Shown in pieces: positions 24,685 through 37,930 of a DNA stretch of 64,000 nt. Source of the DNA: Okamejei kenojei. Lineage: Eukaryota. Position 1 is the first letter of the stretch; each line of letters starts with the position of its first letter. The DNA lies in NCBI GenBank assembly GCA_035221665.1, contig CM069149.1:43338001-43402000 (forward strand), read 5' to 3'. A model generated the notes under the pieces. That model was given only the letters and a program-made list of their open reading frames with translations. It had not been told where the DNA came from and made no database searches. A program made the translations under genes and the position numbers.

Positions 24685-25309
24685 AAGAACTTTTAATAAA
24701 TAAGCTATCAGTTCAATTTCCATTCTAGAAGAGGGCTTAATTTATACAGATTTGCTTCTCATTGGTTGATACTAAAATTGCAATAGTTTCCAATACAAAT
24801 AATAAAACAGCAACATTACTTGAAGAACCTAGAGTGAAATGTTATTAGTAAATTATTGAGGCTCAACAATGCACCAAAGATACTAAATAGATGGAAGTTA
24901 AAAGTAAACAACAAAAAAAATCTCAAGGTACTTCACAAATGGGTACAAGACTTTCGGTACCGGGAAAGAAGAATGAAAACTAGGTCAAAGCAATAGGTTA
25001 AAGGGAATACAAACGGAGACACACAGAGGGCCGGTTTTACCTGAAATTTTCCATTTCACACTCCATCCAACTTTACATTTGATGATTTCAATGGAAAGTA
25101 AATTGGGTGGAGTGCATAGGAACAGCTCATTTAATCCTGTCAGTTTTAACGTAACCGGATAGGTTAGATTAAGTTATATTCTTAGCTTCTATTATTTCCA
25201 ATATGCATTGAAAGTAAAGAAAAGGTTAAAGAGTTATTAGAATATGAATCCCAATACCGAGAAATCAGCAAAGAAATGCCAACCTTAGGAAAACGTTGGA
25301 TCTTCTGGA

Positions 25310-25812
25310 AGAATGAGAGGTGATCTCAGTGAAACATATAAAATTCTCATGGGTTGGACTGGGTAGATGCAGAAATGAGACTACTGGGTTGTTTAGAACA
25401 TGTGGGTGGATGGAAGGGGCACAGTCTCAAATAGGGCTCAGCCATTCAACCAGGGCTGTAAGGAAATGTCATCATTGCCATACATTAATTGGAATAACTT
25501 AGCAGGACAGGCAGCATCTCTGAAAAGAAGGATTGGGTGACGGTTTAGGGTTGAGACTTTTCTTCAGACTCATTTACTGGGTATATTCAAGTTTGACCAA
25601 TGGTTTTTGGATTTCAAAGGATTTGGCATTTGGGCAGGAAGGTGGGACTGAGCTAAAAAGTCAACTAATGTATGATTTTCCTGGATAGCAAACAAAACGT
25701 TTTTCACTGTATCATGCTACACGTGACAATAATAAACTGATACATTTCTAACCATGATCTTTTTCATTGGCAGAGCAGGTTTGAGGGGCAAAATAGACAT
25801 CTCCTGTTTCCA
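25310..25812 (+). mobile_element. Old CR1 3' fragment with nested Penelope repeat (~25492-25572)
   Basis: ATGAGAGGTGATCTCAGTGAAACATATAAAATTCTC (MRGDLSETYKIL). Confidence 0.75.
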
Positions 25813-26779
25813 ATTTTAATGTTCAAAATGGCAACTTTCACTACAATACTAAGCAGATAGTAGATTCGGCTTCCTTAAAGTGAAGATAATGGATACTAAA
25901 CTCAATAGCTCCTGAAATTGGGCACAAAAATTTCAATATGTGATTAGCTTCACACCCATTCAAGGTAATGAGGGAGCGCATTAACTTTGTATTGCCTGTT
26001 AATTATTGAGATTGCAGTGCCCGAACAGCGTTAACCATGCTATTTATTAACTAGATGCTGCGGCAGGAGGCCAATATTGCAAACAGCTAAAAAAGTTGTT
26101 TTTTTTTTAAAGCCTCACTGTTTAAACTAGCTTGAACCTGTTACAGGGAGGTGCAGTGTAACTGGTGCAGGTGCTGGCAGGCATTTTATAACAAACAGGC
26201 AACAGGCCACAGAATAGTCTCTATAGCTCTCAAGCACCGCACTGGAATTCTAGGTGGTGCAGGTGGAAGGAAACAGCATGTCCAAAATTCGTGGGGTGCC
26301 AGGAATCCTCCAAAAGCATATTGTGATGTTAAGGGAGCACAGATTTCAAGAGATGAGTGCTGGTCAGACAGTGCAGGAACAGAAGAAGATTTGAATGAAA
26401 AAGACATAAAGTATTTTGATTTCACGTTCACAGTCACTGGTTTAGGTATTGACCCAGAGTATTTTAGGGAAGAGGACAGAGTCATGATCAATACAGGGCG
26501 AGACACTGGGTATGACTGGTTTGCAGCAAGCAAAAGGAAAAGGATAATGTATAGTCTAAGCCACTAGAGGGCAAGGTCACACCTTGCTACGATGGACCGA
26601 TGGAAGAACACTGTACAATGGTACATTCATTGGAAAGCCTGTGTTCAGTGTAAAAGAAAATAGAAAAATCCAGCACAAACAAGATTCAAAGCTTTGCTTG
26701 GAGCTGGGACTACATCCTTCCCAACTCTGTTTGCACAATGCAGCGAAACCCATCCAGCATCTGAGTGGTACAATTAAAT

Positions 26780-27030
26780 TCTACCCTGGACGTACAAGCT
26801 CATGGCTGGCATTGCACTTGAGCTTGCACTTCAGCTTGCGATGCTTCACAGTGGTACTGCATTCTGCCTCTTCGAAGGAAAGCAGCATTCAGCTCCCCAC
26901 AACTATATCTCCAAACATTGTTGTATGTCAGCCAATTACTGGGGTCAAGGAAAGAGCGTTCACATCGCGGCACTTTTTCCACCAATCTTTCCACCACCAC
27001 ACACAAGAAGCGCAAGACGCCATTGTGTGC
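26780..27030 (-). pseudogene. Possible Myb/SANT-like remnant (Harbinger second ORF)
   Basis: LRFLCVVVERLVEKV...VW...ELNA resembles the RF..EL..LV.EV...W....LNA pattern; adjacent to transposase remnant; heavily decayed. Confidence 0.35.
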
Positions 27031-27339
27031 AGATGCCGAGAAGTGTGTTCAGCTCTGGCTGGACAATTTCTAATCTTGTGATGTGGACTCGATAAGAAGA
27101 AGCCAGTTACTCCAAGTTGCTGCCACCCATGCAGTATCGAGCAAGGTCTCTTTGACAGAGTGTTCCTAAAAACCTACTGAACCCATCTGCAGTCACCTCT
27201 ACTAAAAGGCATCGAGCATTCCCCAGCATTACTGTGGCCACTGAGGTAGCATTGTATTGAGAAACAAAGGTTGACAAAGGCGCACACCTAAGGAATGCAT
27301 AGGTGATCAACTGACTTTTGCAATGCATAAGCCATGACT

Positions 27340-28250
27340 TAACATAGAATTAGACAATCACACTCAGGTGAATTATTCCTGGGAGGCCAGGCAGCAAAGA
27401 ACATTCTAGGTTGCCTCTTTCCTACCACCTCCTCCTCTTGATCCTGTTTACTGTTAATTTGCAGCAAGAACAAAGCCCTCATAGTGGTAAGCATGCCAGC
27501 ACACAGCAGAACACGCACACATTTCCACAACCACTCTGTTCAGTACAGACCCCGGAAATGGTGCTTCAGCACGGCAATGACCCCTCTGGTGTTTCACATG
27601 TCCATGAATGAATGTGTCTTGCACACTCGTGTGGTCAACAGTTAGCCCTTGCTATTGGAGCTGTGATCACGATTCATTACCAGCTGGATGCCGAGAGTAG
27701 TTTTCAATTTGGGACAGTGTTGATATGTCTCAAAAATGACAATGATGCCCTGCACCATGGGGATGCTTGCAGTCCTTAGAAAATTGAATGCTCTCACTGA
27801 TGTCCCTGGCAAGGGGGAATGAAATATAATTGGCTCAGTTTCAACTGAGCACATTATTAACTTCCCTCATGCAATAGTAGCAAGAGAGTGCAGGATTTTG
27901 GAAGTGTGGGATTTTGCAAATACTTTCAGGTCCAGCACAAAAGGAACTAGATACAAAAAGTTTAATTGGCACAATCATCCTGACATGCCCACGTCTGAGG
28001 TATCTGGGCAGAAGGAAGTATCATAATTCAGAGATAGTGTCCCCATGTTATATACACATTGCTCCCTGATGAATTTCTGATCAGAGGAATGCTCCCTGAA
28101 CATCTAGGCAGGCAGCAACCTTCTCTCCTTCTACAAACTTCCAGCAATTTGCTCTGCTCTGCTATTTTATCACCCAATTCATCCATATCTGGGAGTAACT
28201 CGTTTTCACACATGAAGTCAACAAAAAGTCCTTCAGCACCTTCCACTCCA
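27340..28250 (-). pseudogene. Fossil PIF/Harbinger (HARBI1-like) transposase
   Basis: Collinear decayed motifs across frames: EQC, DTISEL, KLFVSSSF, NYISFP, ASIPMVQGII, GIQLV, SVQDTFI, TRGVIAVLKHHFRGL, LLCAGML. Confidence 0.7.
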
Positions 28251-28354
28251 CCCCCAGTTTACTTCTGCAGCCTAAAACAACTATAAAAAGCATCAACCAC
28301 GTGTAGAAATGTAGCAATACTCAGTTAATCAACCAAAAACTAATATGCAGGAGT

Positions 28355-28478
28355 GAAGAAGGAACAGCACATTCTGGTTTAAACCGAAGATAGACACAAA
28401 AAGCTGGAGTAACTCAGCGGGACAGGCAGTATCTCTGGATAGAAGTAATGGGTGACGTTTCGGGTTGAGACCCGTCTT
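28355..28478 (-). mobile_element. Penelope-like pseudo-LTR fragment
   Basis: GCTGGAGTAACTCAGCGGGACAGGCAG...GGGTGACGTTTCGGGTTGAGACCC. Confidence 0.85.
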
Positions 28479-29292
28479 GGTGATCCCTTTAAATAACATA
28501 ATTGGGGTTCCTTCTCCCTGCTGATTATGTATTTGAGAGTGCATGTGTAATAAAGGCATTTGTTGGACTGCTACACTTCAAAATGGCAGTGGCAGCATCT
28601 TTTCAGCATGGCACCCCAGCCAAAATCATGAGTCTCTGCACGGCTAGTGGACAATCAGTGCGCATCCCACTAACATTGATAAAATATTCAGTACAACTCA
28701 GGCCATGAATGCACATTTACCTCTGTATCACAGTCAACTATTTTGACACCCAAAGCTACTTGTGGTGGCAAAGGATAAACTTTCACATCCCATACCTATT
28801 CACCACCCTGCCAGTGCCCCTTGCCATTTACAACATGTAACCATAATTCTGAACATTCATTGTCAGACAATAGTGGCCTATTCACTTTGCTGAAGTCAAT
28901 AAAAAAGAACAATTCATCAAGGTCCAAGAAGGCTATTCCAATACCGTAGCTTTTTTGCCCAGAGATGAAAATCAAATTTCATCTCAGCGACATCTCCTTT
29001 ATTAAATGCAGAATCTCCTTAAGGACAATGAAGGAGTAAATAAGGATTGTACTAGGGTATGCTTGCAAATTTGATTATAGCAAATATTATGCTTTAATGT
29101 GATTGAATGGACTGATTACATGTTACCTTTAGTTGGTAAGATGCAAATTTCCAAGCGTGATCTCAACAACATTAAATTTGTTAACTAGATTATCATGATA
29201 ACAGTCCATTTCTAAGTTTACTTTTTGTAGCTTCTAGCCCCATTCCAATACTTAAATGCATTATCGCAGCTAACAATTCAATGGTTGTGATA

Positions 29293-29545
29293 TTAGAGTT
29301 ATAGAGTCATACAGCATGTAAACAGGCCCATCGGCCCAACTTGTCCATGCCAACCAAGATGCCCCATCTGCACTCGTCTCACATGCCAGCATTTGGCTCA
29401 TATATCTCAAAACCTTTCCTATTCATGTACCGGTCCAAATGTCTTTTAAAAAGTTGTTATTGTACTTAATTACCTCCTCTGGCTATCATTTCATATTAGC
29501 CACCACCCTCTGTGTGATCAAGTTGCCCCTCAGCTTGCTATTACA
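29293..29545 (-). mobile_element. CR1 3' end fragment
   Basis: AGAGTTATAGAGTCATACAGCATGTAAACAGGCCCATCGGCCCAAC tail, reverse complement of the tail type at 20062-20287. Confidence 0.85.
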
Positions 29546-29858
29546 TTGTAATGTCAAATACAATTCCCATTACATTGTTAAAAGTTCCATATTTTAGACA
29601 AGAGGCTAAAGTGAGGCCTGCTGACTGCTAGGATGCGCATTGGAAGATCTATACAAAGATCCAAGTTACAGCAGGGAATACTGTTGCTGTTCTAGACCAC
29701 ATTTTTTGGTCAACAAACGCCAGTGAAAACTTACAATATTTACTGGTTATGAAACATTACTGTGTACTAACTGGCCGCAGCATTTACTGTTTGTATACTT
29801 TTTACACTTAATTGTATATATGAATGCACATAAAATACCATGTGCATTATGTCACTAA

Positions 29859-30184
29859 AGGACCTGTCCCACTTACGCGATTTTTTCGGCGACTTGTCGG
29901 CACCCGTCATAGTCGCAGGTCACCAAAAATATTCAAAATGTTGAAAATCCAGCGGTGGCCAGAAAAAGGTTTAACACATTGGGTGACTACTCACGACCAA
30001 ACAGGCCTCACGTGTCGACATGTCGCGGGGTGTCGCCTGTATGGTCACGAATAGTCGCCCAAAGAGTCGTACCTTTTTCTGGTTGGCGCTAGATTTTCAA
30101 CATTTTGAAAAATTTCAGCAACCTGCTGCAACTATGACATGTGCCGGCAGTCGCCGAAAATATTGCGTAAGTGGGACAGGCCCT
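29859..30184. mobile_element. Harbinger-like fold-back MITE
   Basis: TIRs AGGACCTGTCCCACTTACGC / GCGTAAGTGGGACAGGCCCT; imperfect inverted symmetry continues through most of the element; TAA/TTA flanks. Confidence 0.85.
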
Positions 30185-30766
30185 TTATGTCAGCATTTTG
30201 AGAATGTGATGAGGTAATATGTAAATACAAATCACTTTCCTTCTACAAATACCTAAAAGGGATAAGTAAGGTACATATATTTCAGTCTAGCTTCCGAAAC
30301 AGACAAATCCAGAATAATCTACGTTGGTTGCAATGATCAGTATAACGAGGATCCTTTGTACTATATGTATATATGAGAATACTTAATTCACACAAAAAAA
30401 ATGGTTTCCAGCTCATTATTAAATTTTCTAAGTATTCTAGAAATAGCATTATTTCATACTTGTTTCACATACCCTGATTCCAGATTCAAATGTTTTCTTT
30501 ATAATTTATGGGCATGCAAGGCATACATTTCTGAATTAATAAAACTGAATAATCCGCAGACCATCACATTATTTCCATCATTTACATACATAAATGAACA
30601 CATAGAACTTGATTTCTGTGCAGAAGTATTTCAGCAATTATATAGTAAGCACTGGTGAAGCAATCACAAGCGTTTGTTACATTTCAGTCCCTGTTTCAAG
30701 GATTTGACCCGCTAACTAACTAGAAATTACATATTTTACAAAAGCAGATTAGCCATTCACCCTTAC

Positions 30767-31047
30767 CTTTTCACCATCAACCTCAAAAAAACAAATTATA
30801 TTTTTGTGCTGCATTCAATCCCAAAATTTCAGCAATAATGCAACCTTTAACTGGCTTCTACATAACATGCTGTCTGACAGATTGTACTGTTTGTACTCTC
30901 TTTTCCCTACCCAATCTCTGAGCGTGTGCATGACATAATCCCTCCTGGTCAGTAAGATGAGATAGTCCGGCCTGTTTATATCACTGCGGGCTGTCAAATT
31001 GTCAATTATTGATTCTTTGCCAAGGGCATCGTGACAGATATTAAAAA
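30767..31047 (-). other. Putative internal exon (mostly 5'UTR, possibly ending ATG GTG AAA AG) of an unidentified gene
   Basis: Strong acceptor TTTTTTTTTTTTTCAATTTTTAG (AG at 31049-31048) and donor AAG|GTAAGG (30766-30761); non-repeat sequence in repeat-poor zone. Confidence 0.55.
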
Positions 31048-34000
31048 CTAAAAATTGAAAAAAAAAAAATACAAGAGACTAGTTAGTCTAATTATTTTTA
31101 CTTTGTTCAATTCACAATCTTGAAAAGATTATTGAATCAGTTGTTATAATTTAATTTCCATTTATATTTACGATGCCATGATTGCAACATCAAGTCTGTC
31201 AAGAGCTGATTTACCCCTGGTCTTCACAGAAATGTTGCGTTTCTTCATTTTACAAAATACATGTAGGCAATGATTCAGTTAGCCAGCAATCCATCCACCC
31301 TGCCATCATGGTTATAATTAAAATGACGGTGCAAAAACTAAACTTCACTAATGCACTCTTTCCACCAAACAGATTTTCCTGCTGAAAAACAGCTAATTTC
31401 TTTGAAAATGAATCCATAACAGTGCACCATCACTATTGGTTACCACCATCTAAAGAGGGTGAGGTCTGCATAATAACCCAACAATTATTCACAGGTACGA
31501 AACAGAAAAAGTAGGCTGCTTAATTATATTTTTTCACTTGGAATCTGATAATTGTCAAACCTCAACTCCAGTTATTATGTTACAGTCTCTATAGGAATTT
31601 TACATTTCTTCCACATTAATAGAATGGTCCTATTCCACAATATAATGAGGGACAATGTCCAGCTCTCTTGCCATATCGGATCACTTTGCACAGTATCAAA
31701 ATGTATTTTCTCTTCTCCCATTACAAAATGGAAGATCGTCGGTATTGGAATGGCTTAACAATAATGGCAGTGTTATTCCACTGCCACCTACTACAAATGA
31801 AGTGTTAGGCAAAGCCTAAACAACAAGTATTGTTAGAAAAATAACTCATCTCACATGAGCCCTGTAATAATTGTTTCCAGAGATACAAATAACTGAGGTT
31901 TCTTTTCTTTTTCAAGCTTGTGTTAATCACTACCAAAGCCAATCGCTACACAACCTAACTATTGGAATTTCACTTTACAGGTTTGTCTGTTAGACTTCTC
32001 CTTCTTCTAGTCTATTCGGTCATTTTCTTCATTTATAAAATATACTTTACACAACTGGTGCCTGTGGGCTTTTCTCTTACCAATTGTCAGAGAAAGACCA
32101 TTTCAAAGAGTAGCATATTGCATCATGCAGAATTCAGAATAAGTTTTGAGAACAAGCAGAGCACAGCTAAATAAAAGTAGCCTGTAAAACAAACATGGAA
32201 AGAGACTGCTAAAGAAATCGGCATTTATTTTCAAATTAGTTACTGTCCATAACTTGCAATTAACAAAATGGTCACTTAATAAAAATGATAAAGGAAAATA
32301 AACCATATTTAGAAAGTAAAATCCTTGAACTTGGACGTATCAGCATTTCCTGATTCAAGATAACATGGCGTTTTATGGGGTATCGCATATTTGCGTGGTA
32401 ATAGTCCATTTTGAGTAGATTAGTTCAATTTGCTGACGATCAGGAGGTTTACATTAGCATTAATGAAAGTGTGCTCTTAGTAAGCTAGACGTCAGTGTAC
32501 AAAGTATTTTTTGATGAAAACATGCAAGCGCGTAATGAATAAATAAACAAGTGTAAAATACAGGTACAAGGGGCAGAGATAGATTGACGCGCACGCATAA
32601 AGGCATATACAAAAGAAATATACCAGGAAAGTTCAAGCCTAGCTGACGTATATGCAAGTGAATCGAACTTTAAAAACTGTACACAACTACTCGCACTTTA
32701 TAGTCAACTAAAAAAAAAAAATTTTTTTAAATAACACCTAGTGATATCTTTCTTTCAGCAAGGCAAATTTTAGTTTAGTAGATACCATTACAATAAATAG
32801 TTGCCACATTCACTCCTAGTGCCCACAAAAAACTGACATCTGAGAATGACAATATCTGTTTAGAAAGTCGAAGATAATCGTAGTTAAATATAAGCACTAA
32901 CTCTCAGGTTTTGTTCGCACATTCTTCAAAATGACCTAATAATGTTCAAACGCCTTGCTTAAATAGTCACTGAATAGCAAATAGTTTTATTTTGACTGGG
33001 AGCATTCTGATCCACGATTAAAAAAAAAGCATACAAACACGATTCGGAGCTATATAAAGACAATTGGTAATGTCTTTGAGCAGAATGTTATGCCATTATA
33101 AGAAGTAACCCAATGCATGGAAACAATGGATGATACGGTCAAGCTAGAGGACAAAATCCGCCACGAGACACTACTAATCTGACCAACTCAAAGCACCTAT
33201 AAGTCAAAAGGTTTAGATCATGATTCTGCTTTATAAGAAGTAATCATTATTACCAATTATAAGGATTTTAGTTAAATGTTATGTAATCAGCTAACTTGCA
33301 GACACTGGATTGGACTGACCATGTGTCTCAGATGACCTGAGTCATCGCTTAGTCAATCAAATTAAAAGAAAATTAAGAGAACAAGTTTGGAAACACAAAT
33401 ACGTAACCAAAGAAATTCAATATAAATCAAATATTATTTTTTCTATTTTTAGATATTGTTATTCAGATTCTACAAAAAAAATATTAAATGTATACTGCAC
33501 CTAGAAATTGAATATCCAAGAGCCATACCTCAAGATTTGTCATTGGTAGATTTGAGTAGTACAGGGTTAATTAAAAATTAAGAAAAAGATACAAACGGTC
33601 CAAGTATATACAAGGTTGTTTCACTACTCCAGCACATTCAAGTAATTGTGCACACAAATAATCATTCCTAAAAATCACTGTTTCTCAAATAAATCCACAG
33701 TAAAAATACAGTAAGAAAGTGACAGGATAAAAACACAATAAATTGTTGATTTTTACAATTACAAAAAAATGCAGAAGCCAGAATTACTTTATACAGTGTG
33801 CGCGCCAAAAATCAGACGACACAACAACAGGCATTTCTAAAAGCTCATTCAATACAGTCCATCCAAACAAAGCATACAACTATACCAACTTTAGTACCTA
33901 AACAAAACAAAACAAAAACTGCAAGAAAAACTCAAATGAAGAGGATAGGCAGTTATCTACTAAGGGCTATACGCATACGCCAATGTCAAATTTGCGGAAA

Positions 34001-34614
34001 GCACTTCGGTGCATAAGGTTCATGAAAAATACTTTTGGGGAACGGCAGAGCCATTTTCATACTCCCCCTTTAACCCCTAACTTTAAATATTCACTCACCC
34101 TCACAGAAAGACGTTTGATCCATTGTGTGTATTGAAAATAATCATTAAAGCAAACCCAAAAAACAAACAAATCAGCTCTTATTTTCTCTGCTGTTTCACG
34201 CTGCCCCATATTCCTGCGCCAGTAAAGGGTGGTAACCAACAGAGACACTGCATTATAACCCAGGAAGATAGACTGGCATTGGTCCTAGAACATGTGCACT
34301 CGAAAATAAAAGACCTAGGAAACAAACCTTCGCTCATCAGCGAACTGCAACTTCACTGCACTAAACAACCACTTTAAAGCCAAAATGGGAAAAATACGGA
34401 AAATTTTGACATAAAGCAGAGAAACAAACAAAATTAAGCACGAAAGATGGAAACTACAGCAGGCGCTGCCATCTTTCAAAAGTGAGGCAGCAGCAATTTT
34501 CATACACATTGTTTGCAAATATAAACTTAGTTGGCTATGGCATTCATATTAGTTTAAGAAACTGAAAATACAGCCCATCATTACAGTATTGCATTAAAAG
34601 AGCAGTGGATGAGA

Positions 34615-34807
34615 NNNNNNNNNNNNNNNNNNNNNNNNNNNNNNNNNNNNNNNNNNNNNNNNNNNNNNNNNNNNNNNNNNNNNNNNNNNNNNNNNNNNNN
34701 NNNNNNNNNNNNNNNNNNNNNNNNNNNNNNNNNNNNNNNNNNNNNNNNNNNNNNNNNNNNNNNNNNNNNNNNNNNNNNNNNNNNNNNNNNNNNNNNNNNN
34801 NNNNNNN
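34615..34807. other. Assembly gap (N run), GA-flanked
   Basis: Run of N bounded by GAGA and AGA; probably an unresolved (GA)n tract. Confidence 0.95.
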
Positions 34808-37338
34808 AGACCATGAGCGAGAGAAAGAAAAAGAGAGGGAGAGAGGGAGATGCTTACCCCCAAAAAGTATAAGAAATCGTCAGGGACAGACATGGGAAAG
34901 CATTCACCTTGTATCTTGCCATCCTGTAATGCAGACAAGAAAACAGTCAGCTCCATTTTTACAAGTACTTACCGGCCTGAGTAATGGAAGGCGGTCCCTA
35001 CCTAGCAACCACTTCCAGTTTTCATCTGCAGGCTTTCCCTGCCATCCCTGCCATCCCCCCCCCCAACCACCTTCAGTTGCCAGGCTAGTGACAATGGGAG
35101 GCTGAAGGGTAGCTGGAAACCAGCGTGTTAAACTCGTCTGGTAGTTAACAAGTCTTTGAATGAAGAATGTTAGCAAACAGACAAACAGCATGTCTGATGC
35201 ATGCTAATAACATTGCTGGTCCAGCCTCACAACCAAGCCTATGAATTATTCAACAGACAGAAGCGACCACCACCGCCCCCACCACCATCCACCCCATCAG
35301 CATTCTCCCCCCCACCCCACAATTCAAATACCAGCAGTGAGGACAAAAGTATCTTCATACATTTTTCAAAAAACAGCTCTGTCTATTTTCCCTTCTTATT
35401 TCCAAATTGAAAGTGAAACTAACATGGCTTAACTCAAATTATTTATTACTTTCATTCCAGAGTATCATCAATAATCCTTTTCGCACTGATCTGAATATTT
35501 TCTTTCACAGCCTATTTTATGTCTTTTGTCTGAAGTTGGCACCTGTCCCAACTAGCGCTCTGCTGCACACCCTGTTCCCTTCCAATCAGTATTTGGAAAA
35601 AAAAATGAGGACCCAGAAGTGCAGCTATTTCAACACAGCCATCGGCAGATCCACATCTAACGCTGTCCTTTCATGCACAGATGCGCAGTATACCAAGCTG
35701 TTTTCCTCTGAGTGGCAGTATACTCTCGTATTTTGTAGCAGCAACCACCATAACCCATGCAGGATTAAGTAGGCACACAGTAAAATTCAATACTCAAATC
35801 AGGAAAGATTTATTCATTTAAATAACACATTACAGCTGCACTAACCCTCACGTTACTTCACAGAAAGCCAAAAAGAAAGGAAAATATCATTCAACCAAAA
35901 CAATGTGAACCTCATCTTCTGCCAACCAGTCACAATAAAGAAACAATAAACAAAAATCCAGTTTGTCGTGAGGAGAAATCTTCTGGTCTGGCAAAGGCTG
36001 TCTGAGGGGGAGGCCCTTGCTACAGGAACAGAAGCAGTATAAGCATAGCTCAGTCGCCCTCTCACCAGTGACTGCAACTGTCTATCAAAGAGGAAAGAGC
36101 TGTACCGAGAGGCTCGAGCTGATGATGAAATAGATGCATGTTCTCTCCCCCACCACCCCCAACCGCACCCCCCGCCACTCTCCCCCTCCTTCTGCCCCGT
36201 GTGAGAGCTAGCTACTTTCATCACACACAGCCATGAATCGTGCACCAACGATCTTCTGCCTGAGCTGGACCGCACTGCGCCAGCGCACACACTCGCCTCC
36301 TTGCAGCCTCCACCCCTCCTTCCCTCAAACGATCGCACACTCTTTTGAGCCAGGTAATGAATTAAGACACGAGACGGATTTCTTCAATCTTTAAAAAACA
36401 CATCATTCTCAATGCAGCCTTACTAATTAACCTTTTACTTTCTCTCGATAGCTGTACCCACAGCAATTGCAAGAGATAATGCGATATTTTAAAAAACAAT
36501 TTGGAAAAAGAAAGTCCTCGAAGATTATATATCAAAGCACATTACTACAAAGCATCATTATTTAGCCTTGAGAATCAATATAGAAAAGTAAATCCACACT
36601 TAATTGAATAATTTTGTTCTCATGTCCCTGCTCTTAACCAGCTGCTCAACCAAGTTAAAACTGTTCGACCCTTACAACTATCTTGGCATGGAGTCAAAGG
36701 CTGATAAGCATTTGGGCGAGACAGCAACTGCTGTGCTGGAAGAAAAACAGCTGCCATGATTGCTGTTAGGTTGAAAATGTGCAGAAAGCAAATCTGGCTC
36801 TAAATACTGCACATAAAATGCTGCTGGACTCCACTAATCAGTACATTTTGGAACCTATTTTTCAGATGATTTCAGCAAAGTTTCCATTTTTTGCTATGCT
36901 TTTAAACTTTTCCTGTGCAGTGTGCTTCCCTCCCCGCCCGTCCCCTCCCCCCCAACAGTAACCTCAAGCAAACTTAAGGAATCGTGCCAAAAGTCACGTT
37001 GCAGCTTTAAATGCATTTGTTGGGAGTGTCCTAGGATTCGAGCTTCGCTTCGCCAGCTAACTCAAATTATAATTTTAGCTGGCTATCGTGAATTGAAAGT
37101 GGTATTTTTCTAAGTAATATTTTTATGATCAACATATGGTAGATTACTGTAACTCTATTGTAAAACAACTTCCTGCCCCTTTTGGCACAAGTTCGAGAAG
37201 CTGCTCGAATAAGTTCAGAGTACATATTCCTACCCCCTTCCACCAGCATCACCCCGCCCACTGTACGCCTGCTGCTGCTGCTGCTGAAAGACCGAGGCAA
37301 ACTTTTTAACAAATTCTCTCTCTCTCTCGCTTTCTCTC

Positions 37339-37382
<44 letters not shown>

Positions 37383-37930
37383 CTTTGGTAGATTTAGAAA
37401 AAGAAGAACAGTTTACATGGACAGCTCTATTGTTGAGCATGTAGCAACCGAAGGAAGTCAAAAGTTCAACTCGACAACTTGTGAATCTAAAAAAGGTGTG
37501 GTTTATTTTTGAACGCTAGCTCTGATAGCGCAGTTACGTTTGCTGGCTTTCACTCCTGCATTCCCGCCCTGGAGACCGTTCCACTCACTCATGGCCTACA
37601 GAAAGAAGAGACACCTCAGACACTTGCTGAATGTCTTCTTTTTAAAAACTAACCTGCCTCTTTTTCTGACCACAGGGTATATTCCATTCAAGGTGGGTCA
37701 TCAAAGTCCCACTGATAAAATGGATATCACTTGTGTTCTTACTAGACTATATACCACAACAAAGCAAAACACACAGAAAAGGCCTCCACAAGCTCTCTTA
37801 GCAACAACATTTCTTGATACGTCTGCTTTGGCATAGATCAGCCTTTCTATTTGGCCAAGTATCCTTTGCGTCACATCTCGCCATTTCTTTTGACCAATAG
37901 AAAACTTTGTGATGTAAATTAAAAATAATA
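34808..37930 (-). promoter_or_regulatory. Probable promoter / alternative 5' exon region of a minus-strand gene
   Basis: Locally raised GC/CpG (36100-36340), GA/CT tracts, donors CCG|GTAAGT (exon end 34973) and GGG|GTAAGC (34858), acceptor TCTCTTCTTTCTGTAG near 37588, CCAAT and TTGCGTCA at 37865-37900. Confidence 0.5.
37315..37377. repeat. (CT)n microsatellite, interrupted
   Basis: Direct inspection. Confidence 0.97.

Noticed and set aside
34581-35105. Long ORFs containing X runs
   Set aside because: Artefacts of translating through the N gap
35853-36338. 161 aa minus-strand ORF ending MRFTLFWLNDIFLSFWLSVK
   Set aside because: Low-complexity GC-rich UTR-like sequence; no recognisable domain and only weak donor sites; cannot support as CDS
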